Assembly (NCBI GenBank): GCA_963809485.1
Contig: CAWEJX010000004.1
Span: 192,001-256,000, forward strand
DNA from: an uncultured Acidobacteriota bacterium
GTDB taxonomy: Bacteria; Acidobacteriota; UBA6911
DNA: 64,000 nt
Direction: 5' to 3'
Numbering within the stretch: the stretch's first letter is position 1; each line of letters starts with the position of its first letter. Under the pieces are notes generated by a model. It worked only from the letters and a program-made list of their open reading frames with translations. It did no database searches and was not told the DNA's origin. The position numbers and the translations under genes are program-made. Of the stretch, positions 1-10,574 are shown in pieces.

Positions 1-1313
1 GAGCGCAAGCTTGCCAATGGTTTACGCGTCATTATCGCGCCCAGACGCGGTCTGCCGCTCGTCAGCGCCGAATTGCGCGTATTGTCGGGATCGAGCAGCG
101 ATCCAACCGGCAAAGGCGGACTCGCCTCATTTGCGGCCGACCTGCTGACCAAAGGCACGAAAACACGCAGCGCCACGGAAATCGCGCGCCAGATCGAGTC
201 GCTCGGCGCTCTGCTGTCGGCCTCGGCCGGCCCGGACAGTTCGGGCGTTTCGCTCGAAACGCGCGCAGACCGCGCCGCCGATGCCTTCACGATTATGGCT
301 GACGTCGCGCGCAATCCCGCCTTTGCGGCTGCTGAGGTCGAGCGTCGGCGCCAGCAGGCCCTCGACGAATTGCGGGTGGACCTGCGGCGTCCGGGCGCCG
401 TGGCCGGATTTGCCCTGACCCGCCTGCTATTCGGCGACGGCCCTTACGGCAGCGTCGCTTCGCCGGCGAGTATCGCCGCAATCAAACCGGAGGATGCCAA
501 GCGGCTATCATGCCGCTTATTGGCGGCCCGACAACGCGTTGCTCGTCATCTCGGGGGACGTATCCCCTGAAGAGGGATTTAAACTGGCCGAGCGGTTCTT
601 CGGAGACTGGGCGAAACCGGGCACGCCGCTTGCGGCCGAGCCGAACGTGGCGCTATTCGCAGACGAGCGGCGCGCCGTCGCAATCGATCTGCCGAAATCC
701 GGCCAGGCAGCCGTGGGTTTTGCGGTGCTCGGCGTTTCGCGCTCAGATCCGGATTACTTCCCGGCGCTGGTGATCAACTCGGTCCTGGGTGGCGGGTATT
801 CCGCGCGTCTGAATCAGGAAATACGCATCAAGCGCGGGCTTTCTTACGGCGCCAGGATCCATCCTCCCGCAGCGGCTGGCGCCCGGGCCGATCACAGCCC
901 TTACGCAGACGCGCAACGACGCCGCGGTGCAGGTGGTCGAACTGATGGAGCAGGAACTTGCCAAACTCGGTCAGTCGGATACGCCTGCAGCCGAGTTCGA
1001 GGCACGCAAGGCAAATCTGATCGGCTCGTTCGGGCGCGAAGTTGAGACGGCATCGGGATTGTCGGGGCAACTTGCTCTTTTGGCGACCTTCGGCCTGCCG
1101 CTGGACAGGCTGCAATCCTATGTCGCCGACGTGCAGTCCGTAGCTGCACCGCATTCAAGGGCGGTTGCAGCCCGGCTCTTCGATCCAAAGAAGGCCACGA
1201 TGGTGGTCGTGGGCGATGGCGCGATCTTCTTCCAGGCGCTTAAGAAGAAGCGCGCGGATGTCGAACGAATCCCGATCGACAAGCTCAACCTCGACAGCGC
1301 GGATTTGAGATAA
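1..1313 (+). CDS. M16 (pitrilysin/insulinase) family peptidase, non-catalytic-type half; 5' end outside window; two +1 frameshifts (~500, ~855)
   Basis: Frame 1 reads ERKLANGLRVIIAP..DPTGKGGLA; continues YHAAYWRPDNALLVISGD, VLGGGYSARLNQEIRIKRGLSYGA and MVVVGD across ORFs 73-570, 494-1045 and 927-1313; no HXXEH in this half. Confidence 0.85.
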
Positions 1314-1372
1314 ATAGTCTTCCCATTGCAGAGGATGGCTCGTGGCATCCTGACTATTGTCACTATTCAATT

Positions 1373-1413
1373 GTCAGCGTTCGTCGGCGATTTTTTCAGC
1401 GTCTGTCAGCGTT
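1373..1413 (+). repeat. TCAGCGT-array element copy (core only)
   Basis: gtcagcgttcgtcggcgattttttcagcgtctgtcagcgtt between convergent genes. Confidence 0.8.
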
Positions 1414-1445
1414 GAACGATCGCTCCCCCCAATCATGGATATCGA

Positions 1446-1810
1446 CTATTGCTTGGGCGCGTTCTCGATAACGATCGGCTTGCCGGTCAGGTTTACGCTT
1501 AAAGTGTGGACCCAGCGGTATCTCCCATTTACCAGCCGGAATGTGTGGGAATCGGGCATGCCGTTTTCTCCTCCGAAGCGGCAGAATACGTTGACGGTCC
1601 CCATCTCTTCATCTACTAAAAAGGTCCGTTGCGTAATAAAGAGTTCTCCGAGAGGAGCATCAACTTTGCATGTGTCCTTGTATTCATTCTTGGGGTTGGT
1701 ATATGCGCCTCCCTCAAGCCGGGCGCACGGCGTCCCCCAGGGCGCCCGTACATACTTGTCCAGGAATACAAAATCAAAATACTGGTTGCCGCCAACGATT
1801 GCTATTCGAA
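1446..1810 (-). pseudogene. C-terminal fragment of a conserved hypothetical protein (DUF8021-like)
   Basis: YFD..LDK..APWGTPCARLEGGAYT..PDSHTFRLVNGRYRWVHTLS motif set; upstream part of ORF 1446-1994 looks unrelated and has no clear RBS. Confidence 0.5.
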
Positions 1811-2226
1811 TCGAGTGCTGCACCCAACCGCAGAAACGAGCAACTTCCTGCTTTGATATTTCGAAATCCCGGCAAAGCATATTCGCCAGAGGACAGCGGC
1901 TGTCCGTTGGCGAGCTTTGAAGGTATTCCCTATATCCTAATATAGGAATCCATCCGTCTGGAAAATATTGCGATGAGGCCGATCTTACGGACACGCGCAG
2001 GGCAAGCTGGCTATACAGATAGCTTTAATGTAGAATTGGAGACAGATGCCGTCAGGGGACTTGTTTAACCGACGGATACAGCTGGCAAAGCACCTGAAAT
2101 GCAGCAACTGGCAGGCTGCAATCCGGACTGCAGCCTATGTCGATAACACAGTCGAATGTGCGCTGCGGCTTCGAATCTCACGGTTCAGCGTGAATTGACG
2201 CCGTTCTCTTTGGAGGCAAGTGAAAC

Positions 2227-3003
2227 TTGAACAGTCCTGTAAGGCGGTTTTTTGCATCGACTGCGATTCTGGCAATTCTGATATTTGTCCTACCATCCCA
2301 TGCTGCAGAAAAAAGCGTTGAATCTGCCGCGGAGAAGGAAGGCGTGTCATGGACAAAGATATTGTACCAGTCCGGCCTCTTCCTGACGTTGCAGAGTGGA
2401 GTTCGCATCATTTACGAGGAGGAAACCCGTCGTGATATGGCCGGACCATTTTGGAAGGACTACTTCGAGTCGGTGCGCGGCCTGCACGGATGGGATGATG
2501 GAGATCCCTTCGCGGTCAATTACCTCGGCCATCCCTGGATGGGAGCGGTCGCCGGCAGGATATTCGTTAATAACGACCCGAAGGGCAGGGATTTTACCTT
2601 CAGCAACAGTAAGCCTTACTGGAAAAGCAGGCTGAAAGCGCTCGGCTGGAGCGCGATATATTCCACAACATTTGAACTCAGCCCAATGGGTGAAGCGGCG
2701 CTGGGGAATATCGGGGGTGAACCCTGGCCCGACGGCATGACTTATGGAGACCTGGTTGTTACTCCTGTCGTGGGCACAGGAATTCTTATCACGGAAGACC
2801 TCGGAGACCGGTACATTATCAGTTGGCTGGAACGACGTGCGGACTGGGTCCCCCTGATGGCTGCAACCCGGACGATCCTCAATCCCTCCCGCACAATGTC
2901 AAACCTTTTCCGTTTCAAGTGGCCCTGGCATCGCGATTCCCGGCCCGGCTGTCGGGCGATCCGCCAGATGAATCGATCGATAGCCGATGCCCGCGGGGAT
3001 TGA
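2227..3003 (+). CDS. Secreted/membrane protein, DUF3943-like
   Basis: GGAGG RBS before TTG; signal peptide; WDDGDPFAVNYLGHPWMG and DLVVTPVVG motifs. Confidence 0.7.
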   Translation: MNSPVRRFFASTAILAILIFVLPSHAAEKSVESAAEKEGVSWTKILYQSGLFLTLQSGVRIIYEEETRRDMAGPFWKDYFESVRGLHGWDDGDPFAVNYLGHPWMGAVAGRIFVNNDPKGRDFTFSNSKPYWKSRLKALGWSAIYSTTFELSPMGEAALGNIGGEPWPDGMTYGDLVVTPVVGTGILITEDLGDRYIISWLERRADWVPLMAATRTILNPSRTMSNLFRFKWPWHRDSRPGCRAIRQMNRSIADARGD

Positions 3004-3010
3004 GGCTATT

Positions 3011-3079
3011 TAACGCTGACACACGCCAACCTACGGAGCCTCAGCGTTCGTCGACCATTATCAGTGTAAGTCAGCGTTA
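3011..3079 (+). repeat. TCAGCGT-array element copy (left arm plus 4-unit right arm)
   Basis: taacgctgacacacgccaac..tcagcgttcgtcgaccattatcagtgtaagtcagcgtta. Confidence 0.8.
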
Positions 3080-3116
3080 TTCTGCTTCTTACGGCCCATC
3101 GTCGATGCGGGAAAGC

Positions 3117-5375
3117 CTAAGTCCTGCCTAAGGCTTTCAGCACTTTGTCCGGTGTTACCGGCGGGAAGATCCATTGTCCGATGGCATTGGCCACGGCGCA
3201 AACGGGAAGCAGAGGAGCGGCCATGCAGTGGCTGATGCCTGTCGCTCCATAGCAGGCGTTCCCCGATCGGGTTTCAACGGCATAGGTTTCGATCGGCCCA
3301 AAATCCAGCATCGTGGGCTTCTTATACTCCCACATGTTCGTGCTGAGCTTAACACCCGTCGCCTTGTCGAAAATCCACTCCTCGGATAATCCCCCTCCAT
3401 GACTGAAGAACATCGCCTGATGTAACTGGCCCTCAAACGACGTCATCCTCAGCACCTTGCCCGGATCACAGACGACCACATATTTGGTCACCTCCACCGC
3501 CCCGGTTTCGGGATCCACCGCCACCTCGCAGAAGCTCGTATTCATGACATCGAGGACTTTCCCGCCCTTGTGCCACGTGGTTTCCGGCGGTCTCCCGAAG
3601 AACGTCGCCGTGATATCCAGGTCATGATCGCCGAAGCCTTCATCCGCGATAAATTTCCCGAACGGGATGGATTGGCTGGGATCAGACTTCAGGTAAACCA
3701 TTGTGTCCCTTGTCTCAAGATCCTCAGGTTTGGCTTTGAATTTTGGGGCAGCCAGCTCCAGCAGCAGTTTTTTGCAGGCTACGGCCGCCTCTTTCATGAC
3801 CCAGGCGGATGCCGAAGTGCCGTCGCTCCCTCCCCCAACGGGAGTGAAAATGGCCTTGTTGTCATAAAGGAGAATCACATCCTCGATTTTTGCGCCCAAC
3901 TCCTCGGCGACGACCAGTGCGCAGGCATCGGCAGCGTAGACGCCAATCCAGGGTCCTTTGAGAGGCACATAGACTTTGTTGTCTGCCTGAATGGTGACCG
4001 TTGCCGTGTATGGTTGCTGGGCGTGGCGGGGAGACTGGGCGTACCGGAAGCTCAAGCCGTGCAGCCTGCCGTCGGCGAGCTTCTTCGTCCCAGCCGGATG
4101 CCACTTCCAGTTCATGGCCTGCTTGCCTTTTTCGATGCATTGCTGCAAGCCGGGAGGGACTCCGGGATCGGTCTGCGAAGCGGGACCGTGGACGTTTTTC
4201 AGAGCGATGTCCGTCGGGTCCATGCCAAGTTTTTCCGCCACGAGCTGTTCGGCTATGGTCATGGCGTCCCAATTAAACGGAGATGTCTGGCTGCCGGTGT
4301 TTTTGCCCGAACTCGTGTATACTCCCTGGGCATCGCTTCTAAGATTGACACAGCGGGTGGTATTGAACGGACTGAACATGGCTTCAAAGGCTCCCATGGC
4401 AAAAGCGCGCGCATTTTTGCCCGGAGCCCCCTGATCCCCGATCTGGCTCTCATAGACCGCCGTAATCGTCCCGTCATTTTTGAATCCGACTTTTGTGTGC
4501 ATGTAGCGCTGCGGATTTGAAGGATAGAAGTCGTTCTGCCTGGTATTCATGCACCGGACGGGCCGCCCCGTCCTCCTTGCCAGCAAAGGCGTAATGTAGG
4601 CGGCGCGGCGGATGAACCAGTCGCAGTACTTGCCGCCCTGGAAGGTGGTTCCGCGGTAGAGCTTATCGAAGGTGACGTTGTACATGGGACGAAGCTCAAA
4701 CGAACCCCACGTAGGGCTTATGCCCTCGATATAGAGCGTCGGGCCATCAACTCCCAACGGATCCTGAGCCCACCACGAGACGCTCCCGTTCGGATTCGGG
4801 ATATGCGAAGCCATGAGCGCCTGAGCCCAGTCGAATTCGACAATGTGGTCCGCCACTTTGAAACCGGCCTCAACATCCCCCGTGGTGAACGGTTTGGAGG
4901 CAAGGTCCTTGGGATCGATGCGAACGACCGGTGCGCCGGCCTTCAGACCATCCCGGGGATCCACCACGGTCGGCAGCACTTCCCATTCCACCTGGATCCG
5001 CTTCAGCGCCTCATCGCAGATTTCCGGGGTTACGGCGACAACTACCGCGCCTATTTCTTCGTCTTCGGTATCCGATTCGTCAATAAGCAGCGGCTCCCGG
5101 GTTCCTTTCATGTTCAGGATATCCGGATCGTCCCAGGTAAGGATATCCACCACTCCTTCCAGCGCTTTGGCTTTGCTGATATCGATGCTCTTGATCTTTG
5201 CCCGGCCATAGGGATTCCTGAGGAATTTGGCATGAAGCATGTCCGGCACGACATAATCGCTGCCGAATTTTGCTCTGCCTGTGGCGATGGTATACGACAG
5301 CCTGCCGGGCACATTCGTCCTGCCGACGGCTATAAATTCCGTTCTCTGTCCATTGCTGCCAACTATATCTGCCAT
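3117..5375 (-). CDS. Xanthine dehydrogenase family molybdopterin-binding subunit (paralog 1)
   Basis: ATGRAKF..DMLHAKFLRNPY..AKIKSIDISKAKALEGV N-terminus, EVAVDPETGAVEV, PVTPDKVLKAL C-terminus. Confidence 0.92.
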   Translation of the reverse strand: MADIVGSNGQRTEFIAVGRTNVPGRLSYTIATGRAKFGSDYVVPDMLHAKFLRNPYGRAKIKSIDISKAKALEGVVDILTWDDPDILNMKGTREPLLIDESDTEDEEIGAVVVAVTPEICDEALKRIQVEWEVLPTVVDPRDGLKAGAPVVRIDPKDLASKPFTTGDVEAGFKVADHIVEFDWAQALMASHIPNPNGSVSWWAQDPLGVDGPTLYIEGISPTWGSFELRPMYNVTFDKLYRGTTFQGGKYCDWFIRRAAYITPLLARRTGRPVRCMNTRQNDFYPSNPQRYMHTKVGFKNDGTITAVYESQIGDQGAPGKNARAFAMGAFEAMFSPFNTTRCVNLRSDAQGVYTSSGKNTGSQTSPFNWDAMTIAEQLVAEKLGMDPTDIALKNVHGPASQTDPGVPPGLQQCIEKGKQAMNWKWHPAGTKKLADGRLHGLSFRYAQSPRHAQQPYTATVTIQADNKVYVPLKGPWIGVYAADACALVVAEELGAKIEDVILLYDNKAIFTPVGGGSDGTSASAWVMKEAAVACKKLLLELAAPKFKAKPEDLETRDTMVYLKSDPSQSIPFGKFIADEGFGDHDLDITATFFGRPPETTWHKGGKVLDVMNTSFCEVAVDPETGAVEVTKYVVVCDPGKVLRMTSFEGQLHQAMFFSHGGGLSEEWIFDKATGVKLSTNMWEYKKPTMLDFGPIETYAVETRSGNACYGATGISHCMAAPLLPVCAVANAIGQWIFPPVTPDKVLKALGRT

Positions 5376-5610
5376 ATTCTCGCCTCACCCACCAAATTAT
5401 TAGCGCTGGTTATGCGAGCGATTGTACTACGGAATACGGGATTGGGGTCGAGAAGTCTTCGGTTGGATCCCAAAGCCATCGAGCCAGGGTGCAGCAGAAG
5501 CTTGCCTTGGGCAAACTAGCTGAGTTTCCCCAGCAATCCCGCAGCTCAAACCCGCACTTCGCCGGTTGTGTTATCCCGCAACCGGCCATAAAATGTCCGG
5601 CGATCTTAAC

Positions 5611-6216
5611 ATGGAGATGAAGATGGCCAATCGCGCTGTCAGGGTGATCCTAATAGCCTTCATCGTTCTTGTTCTTCTGGCCATGATCGCCACCGCTTAT
5701 TACTTTGCCAGGGTGAAGCCCCTGATCCGGGCAGGCAAAGAGCAGGGCGTTTATTCCACCGTGCCGGAGCGTCCCCAGGTGGGCGGATTCGGATTTGCGG
5801 CTGAAAGCAGCCCGGGAAAAACAATTGCAGACCTCCGGGGCAAGGTCGTAGTCGTTGACGTCTGGGCCACATGGTGCCCGACCTGCATTTACACCATTCC
5901 CAGCATCGTCGCATTGCGCAACAAGTATCCCGCCGAATCCGTTGAAATTATCGGGCTGAATGTTGATGATGAAGGATGGGTTAAAGCAAAGCCGTTGCTT
6001 TTGAAACATCCGAAAATCAACTACACGATAGCCCTGCCGTCCCCTGCCCCTTCCTTTCTCCTGCAGTCGATTGTTGATCTGAAACCGCTTGGGGAGGTCT
6101 CCGCAATCCCGACTGTTTTTGTGATAGATCGGCAGGGCAGGCTTGCCGGGAAATTCATCGAAACGGGCCATGAACATGAAATCGACAACCTGGTTGCCAG
6201 CCTGCTCAACGAATGA
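5611..6216 (+). CDS. TlpA-family thiol-disulfide oxidoreductase, membrane anchored (start uncertain)
   Basis: N-terminal TM helix; GKVVVVDVWATWCPTC; IPTVFVIDRQG. Confidence 0.88.
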   Translation: MEMKMANRAVRVILIAFIVLVLLAMIATAYYFARVKPLIRAGKEQGVYSTVPERPQVGGFGFAAESSPGKTIADLRGKVVVVDVWATWCPTCIYTIPSIVALRNKYPAESVEIIGLNVDDEGWVKAKPLLLKHPKINYTIALPSPAPSFLLQSIVDLKPLGEVSAIPTVFVIDRQGRLAGKFIETGHEHEIDNLVASLLNE

Positions 6217-6433
6217 ATGCTATGAGCGGAGGATCTAACCGATTGTATGCTTTTTGTTTGGCCGTCTTCCCATTCATTTTCAGTGCGGACAACTCGCTTC
6301 TTCTGTTTTGCTGAGGACGGGTCTCCGGCAGCCGTCCGCTGGATCCTCACTGGTGATTTGCCAGATAGGCTGAGGCCGTAATAGACTGGTATTGTCCTCA
6401 AAACGCACGAGCCTTAAGAATGAAAGGAAACGC

Positions 6434-7240
6434 ATGATTATCAAAACAATCCCCATTCCAAGCATGGACCAGGCATTTTCCGTAAAAGGCAAGAACGTTA
6501 TTGTTACCGGAGGCAACCGGGGCATCGGTTTCGGCATCAGCACCGCTTATGCCCAGAGCGGCGCAAATGTGGCGATCCTCTGTCGAAACAAGGGGAGCGG
6601 CGACAAAGCCGTCCAGGAACTCGACAAATACGGAACCACCTGCATATGCGTACCGTGCGACGTGGGTCAGGCGCAGGAAGTAAAGACGGCCGTGGACAAG
6701 GTCTTCGAAAAATTTTCCATGGTCGATGTGCTCATAAACAACGCCGGCACTTCGACCGTTTCCCAATTCCTGGATGACAAGGACCTCAAGGAATGGCACC
6801 GCATCATCAATACAAATCTTAACGGCCCGGCTCATACGATTTATGAAGTTGTTCCCCGCATGATAAAGGCAGGCAAGGGTGGAAGCGTCATCAATATTTC
6901 TTCAACCGGAGGACAGAACCTCGGAGGAGCCAGAACGCACCCGATGTCCCCCTATCATGTCTCAAAAGCGGCTCTGGATATGTTCACACGCAATATGGCC
7001 ATCGAATTCGGCGACTATGGCATTCGCGTGAATGCGATTGCGCCCGGCCCGACGCATTCCGATCTGGACAAAGACCTGCCGCCGGATGCGTTTGAAAAGT
7101 TTGAAAAGCTCATGCCGATGCACCGTTTTGCGGAACCGATTGAGATCGGCGCCCTGTGCGTGTTCCTCTCCTCGCCGGCCGGCAATCAAATTACAGGGAC
7201 GGTCGTGGTCCACGACGGCGGTCTGCTCTTAATCGCCTAA
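6434..7240 (+). CDS. Classical SDR oxidoreductase
   Basis: TGGNRGIG, NNAG, YHVSK (YxxxK), IRVNAIAPG; GAAAGGA RBS. Confidence 0.95.
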   Translation: MIIKTIPIPSMDQAFSVKGKNVIVTGGNRGIGFGISTAYAQSGANVAILCRNKGSGDKAVQELDKYGTTCICVPCDVGQAQEVKTAVDKVFEKFSMVDVLINNAGTSTVSQFLDDKDLKEWHRIINTNLNGPAHTIYEVVPRMIKAGKGGSVINISSTGGQNLGGARTHPMSPYHVSKAALDMFTRNMAIEFGDYGIRVNAIAPGPTHSDLDKDLPPDAFEKFEKLMPMHRFAEPIEIGALCVFLSSPAGNQITGTVVVHDGGLLLIA

Positions 7241-7314
7241 TGAGGAGGATTTGGAAACGGTTTCATGAAATCCGGTGCTCTCCAATGCCGTAATGCGCGG
7301 ACCCTCACCAACCA

Positions 7315-7354
7315 TCAGCGCTTTTCAGCGCCGTTGTGGGTGCAGGTCAGGATT
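7315..7354 (+). repeat. Degenerate TCAGCGT-array copy
   Basis: tcagcgcttttcagcgccgttgtgggtgcaggtcaggatt keeps the unit spacing. Confidence 0.45.
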
Positions 7355-7457
7355 GCCGGGCCAAAGGTATGTTATTGTTTCCGGCTTCATTTTTCTCGAT
7401 AATTATGGCCGAATTTGATTTATGCTTAGCCTATAGCCCTGCTAAGGAGATCGGACC

Positions 7458-8183
7458 ATGGCTGAATCGAAGACAGGCGAAAAAAAGAAGAAACAGGTTT
7501 TAAGACGTGAATTCCTGGTTGGCGGCGGAGCGGCCATCGCGGCCGGCGCCCTGACGGTATGCGCCCCTGAATCCGCAGCCCTGGCAGAACCGGTGCCCGC
7601 GGCGGCAACGGTTTCATACGAGCCGTCGGCCGGGTACATCGTCTATGACAGCAGGCTCTGTCTTGGCTGTCAGAGCTGCATGTTTGCCTGCTCGATGACG
7701 CATGAGGGCGAAGGGAATCCCTCGGTATCCAGAATCCAGATCATTCGCGACGCCCCGTCATTCACAAAATACCCCTACGACATCGTCATGTCGGTATGCA
7801 GGCAGTGTGTCACCCCGTTGTGTGTCCAGAATTGCCCAACGGGTGCATGTCATGTGGATGCCGCCAACGGCAACGTCCGGAGGATCGACGAAAAGAAATG
7901 CATCGGCTGCAAGCGGTGCATCAACTCCTGTCCCCAAAGACCGCACCGGACGATCTGGAATGCGGCCAAGAAAAAATCCACGAAATGCGACCTGTGCACC
8001 GATGCTCCTTATTGGAGCCAGAAGGGCGGTCCGGACGGACACCAGGCCTGCGTTGAAAACTGCCCCGCGAAGGCCCTCAAGCTGGTGAAAGAGCCACCGC
8101 CACAAATGGATGTTGCGGGATATGACGTGAATCTAGCTCCGCCCCCGGCGAAGAAAGCCGCCCCGCCCAAAATAGTGCAATAG
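7458..8183 (+). CDS. 4Fe-4S dicluster protein (DmsB/AOR small-subunit-like) with Tat-like signal
   Basis: LRREFL twin-arginine motif; CLGCQSCMFAC, CRQCVTPLCVQNCP, CIGCKRCINSCP, KCDLC..ACVENCP; AAGGAG RBS. Confidence 0.9.
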   Translation: MAESKTGEKKKKQVLRREFLVGGGAAIAAGALTVCAPESAALAEPVPAAATVSYEPSAGYIVYDSRLCLGCQSCMFACSMTHEGEGNPSVSRIQIIRDAPSFTKYPYDIVMSVCRQCVTPLCVQNCPTGACHVDAANGNVRRIDEKKCIGCKRCINSCPQRPHRTIWNAAKKKSTKCDLCTDAPYWSQKGGPDGHQACVENCPAKALKLVKEPPPQMDVAGYDVNLAPPPAKKAAPPKIVQ

Positions 8184-8251
8184 CAGCCCCAGGGACGCCT
8201 GCTGCGCTTCTTCCGCGCCGGCGATGCGGTGGTTTACCAAAGTGAATCGTT

Positions 8252-9661
8252 TTAGCGCTTTCTCAAATCCTCGATAATCTCCCGGTATTCACGCCTTATT
8301 CTCAAGGGATCGAGGTCCGGGCTGCTTTCCAGCGTTCCGATGTCCCGGTACCCTTTTGCGACTGCATTTCTCAATGCCTCTATCGCCTGTTTCACTCTGC
8401 CGCCCAGGCTTTGCGCGCGGGCGAGATGAAAAAAAACCTGCGGATTGTCCGGCTGAATCTGCGTCATTAATTCCAGCCGGAGTGCCGCAGATGCATAGTC
8501 CCGCCTTTCGAAAGCGTCTGAGGCATCCGCGTTCAGCACGATCCAGAATTGAGTGAGGACGCGAATCCCGGCAATGCGGGCGATCCCATCTTTCTTCTGA
8601 TCGGCTTCACCTCTGATACGGGAAAGACTGGTCCGGAGTTCCCGGGTGGCGTCCAGAGGATCTCTGCCTGCTTTCACATTTTCAAAAAGAAGCGAAAGAT
8701 CCCTGACAGTGATTTTCTGCCTCTTCTCGACATCCTTTTCCAGCGCGCGGGATTTCCTGACCTCTTTAGCTGAATTCAGCTGCTTTGCTTTCATCTCAAC
8801 GGCGGTCACATCTCTCAGTCCGGAAAAGCCTTCATGCGCTGCAGAATAGCGCTCCAGGGATGCATCCTGCCGCCCTTGCCTTTCCAGTGTTTCGGCTTCT
8901 TCCACGGTCTTCGCATAAATCTTTTCGATCAAAGACGCATCTCTGCCGCGTAGCCCCGCTTTCATTGCCTGGAGTTCCAGCCATTCAACAGCGTGAGTGC
9001 ACACATTTTCCGGCGGCCACTCGTGACCACCGGAAAATGTCTCGAATTGGCGGGGAACCCTTAATCCTGCGAGTACCCGGTCCAACTCCCGGAGTTCAGG
9101 AAAATTGAAATCCTCAAAACCCGCGGCGAGGTACACCGCGAACGGGGTTGCCGCAGTCGGAGGGAGGTCCGGAGGAAAGCCCGCGCCAAAAGCAGCGATG
9201 CCGGCAACTTTCCCCTTCATGGCAAACCCGACCTCAACGGCAGCGCGGGCGCCGCCGGAAAAACCGGTCAGATAGAACCTCTGCGTATTGATGGAAAATC
9301 GAAGCTGGGTATCGCGGAGCATGGCGTTGACGGCCGCTTCAACGATCTTGACAGGGCCATTCCGCGAATTGTTGGATCCCGCCAGGATATAGCCGTATTT
9401 CTCGGCAGCTTCCCTGAAACGCTGAACGGGCATCAGGCCCCGGGCGCCCGGGTCCAACGCATAAAGGATAGGCCATTTCCTGTCCGGCACATAGCCGTAA
9501 GGCAAATAAAGGGCATAGGTCTGCGCTGGATCGGCCTGGCAGGCAACTGTCTCCAGAATTTGACCGCGGGGCAATTCCTGGCCTGCGAGCAGCGGTCCGA
9601 TGAACAGAAAATAAACAAGCCGGAGATTCAGTTGGATCAGCCTGAAGCTGCGCTTTTTCAT
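8252..9661 (-). CDS. Secreted alpha/beta-hydrolase-fold protein with C-terminal TPR
   Basis: YALYLP, GFSGG nucleophile elbow, GGHEWP; TPR end FHLARAQSLGG..AIEALRNAVAKGY..PDLDPLR. Confidence 0.85.
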   Translation of the reverse strand: MKKRSFRLIQLNLRLVYFLFIGPLLAGQELPRGQILETVACQADPAQTYALYLPYGYVPDRKWPILYALDPGARGLMPVQRFREAAEKYGYILAGSNNSRNGPVKIVEAAVNAMLRDTQLRFSINTQRFYLTGFSGGARAAVEVGFAMKGKVAGIAAFGAGFPPDLPPTAATPFAVYLAAGFEDFNFPELRELDRVLAGLRVPRQFETFSGGHEWPPENVCTHAVEWLELQAMKAGLRGRDASLIEKIYAKTVEEAETLERQGRQDASLERYSAAHEGFSGLRDVTAVEMKAKQLNSAKEVRKSRALEKDVEKRQKITVRDLSLLFENVKAGRDPLDATRELRTSLSRIRGEADQKKDGIARIAGIRVLTQFWIVLNADASDAFERRDYASAALRLELMTQIQPDNPQVFFHLARAQSLGGRVKQAIEALRNAVAKGYRDIGTLESSPDLDPLRIRREYREIIEDLRKR

Positions 9662-9887
9662 AAAAGCCCGACTGGAGGATTGGGAGTGCGCATGGGCCTG
9701 CCTCTTGTGCCCTAATCATAACAGCGATCCGGCGTAATAGGGACGTCATTCATCATGCTGCGCAGCGGTGCCGGCTTTTAGCTCTGGCTTTGGAGATCGC
9801 TTCTCCAGGGGCATAAGATGAGTCTCCATTCTCGGCTATTCAAGATTATGGGATTCCGCTAAAATAGGCCTCAACCACCGAAACGCT

Positions 9888-10253
9888 ATGCATTGTATTT
9901 CACCGGCTGTCGGTTTGGAGGGATACCTCGTGATCGGCAAGGACCAGGGCATGCTTTTCGGCGCCATGGCGGTCCTCAGCCCTCCGGTCGCCAATTACAT
10001 CAAGGCAGAAGGATTCGATACGGTTGAGAAGCTGACGGAATATATAAGGCCGGCCGCGGAGCCTCCCATGGGAAAGCCGCCCGCCGGCAAAGAGCCTGCC
10101 GGGAAGGCGCCTGCCGGAAAGCAAGCCGGCGGAGCCCCGCCCTTCGGTGGAATGCCGATATCCATCGTCGTATCCGGAGGAGCGAACAACAATTATTGGA
10201 GCTATGGAGGAATGGCTCCCCGCCAAAGCGTCCTGATCGACAAGTGGCGCTAG
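9888..10253 (+). pseudogene. C-terminal fragment resembling UGSC-family (seleno)proteins
   Basis: EGFDTVEKL..IVVSGGANNNYW..SVLIDKWR terminus; no upstream body of the gene. Confidence 0.5.
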
Positions 10254-10324
10254 GCCGGTGCAGTTTGTCTTTCCGGTTTTCGAGGAGATCGATCCAAATA
10301 TTGCATGAGTTCCAATTGCTTTGG

Positions 10325-10440
10325 CCGCTGACGTACACTGACCGAAGCCTTAAGGATCAGCGTACGTCAGCGGTTTTGTCAGCGTTCGTCGGCGTTACCC
10401 GAACCCGGAGCTGCCAAACTTTATCGGCCCCCTGCAATGC
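10325..10440 (+). repeat. TCAGCGT-array element copy with degenerate hairpin-end tail
   Basis: ccgctgacgtacactgac..tcagcgtacgtcagcggttttgtcagcgttcgtcggcgtta, then cccggagctgccaaact..ggccccctgcaa matching 46168-46205. Confidence 0.8.
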
Positions 10441-10574
10441 CATGTGATAACGGATGCCTCCAGGGACTAAACCTGCGCTCTCCGCATACCGGCAACACAA
10501 AGGTGTATAATGCCCGGCGCCCGGAATCATAAAAACCCGGATTGAAGTCTGAGAGTCTATAAGGAGGCCTTTCT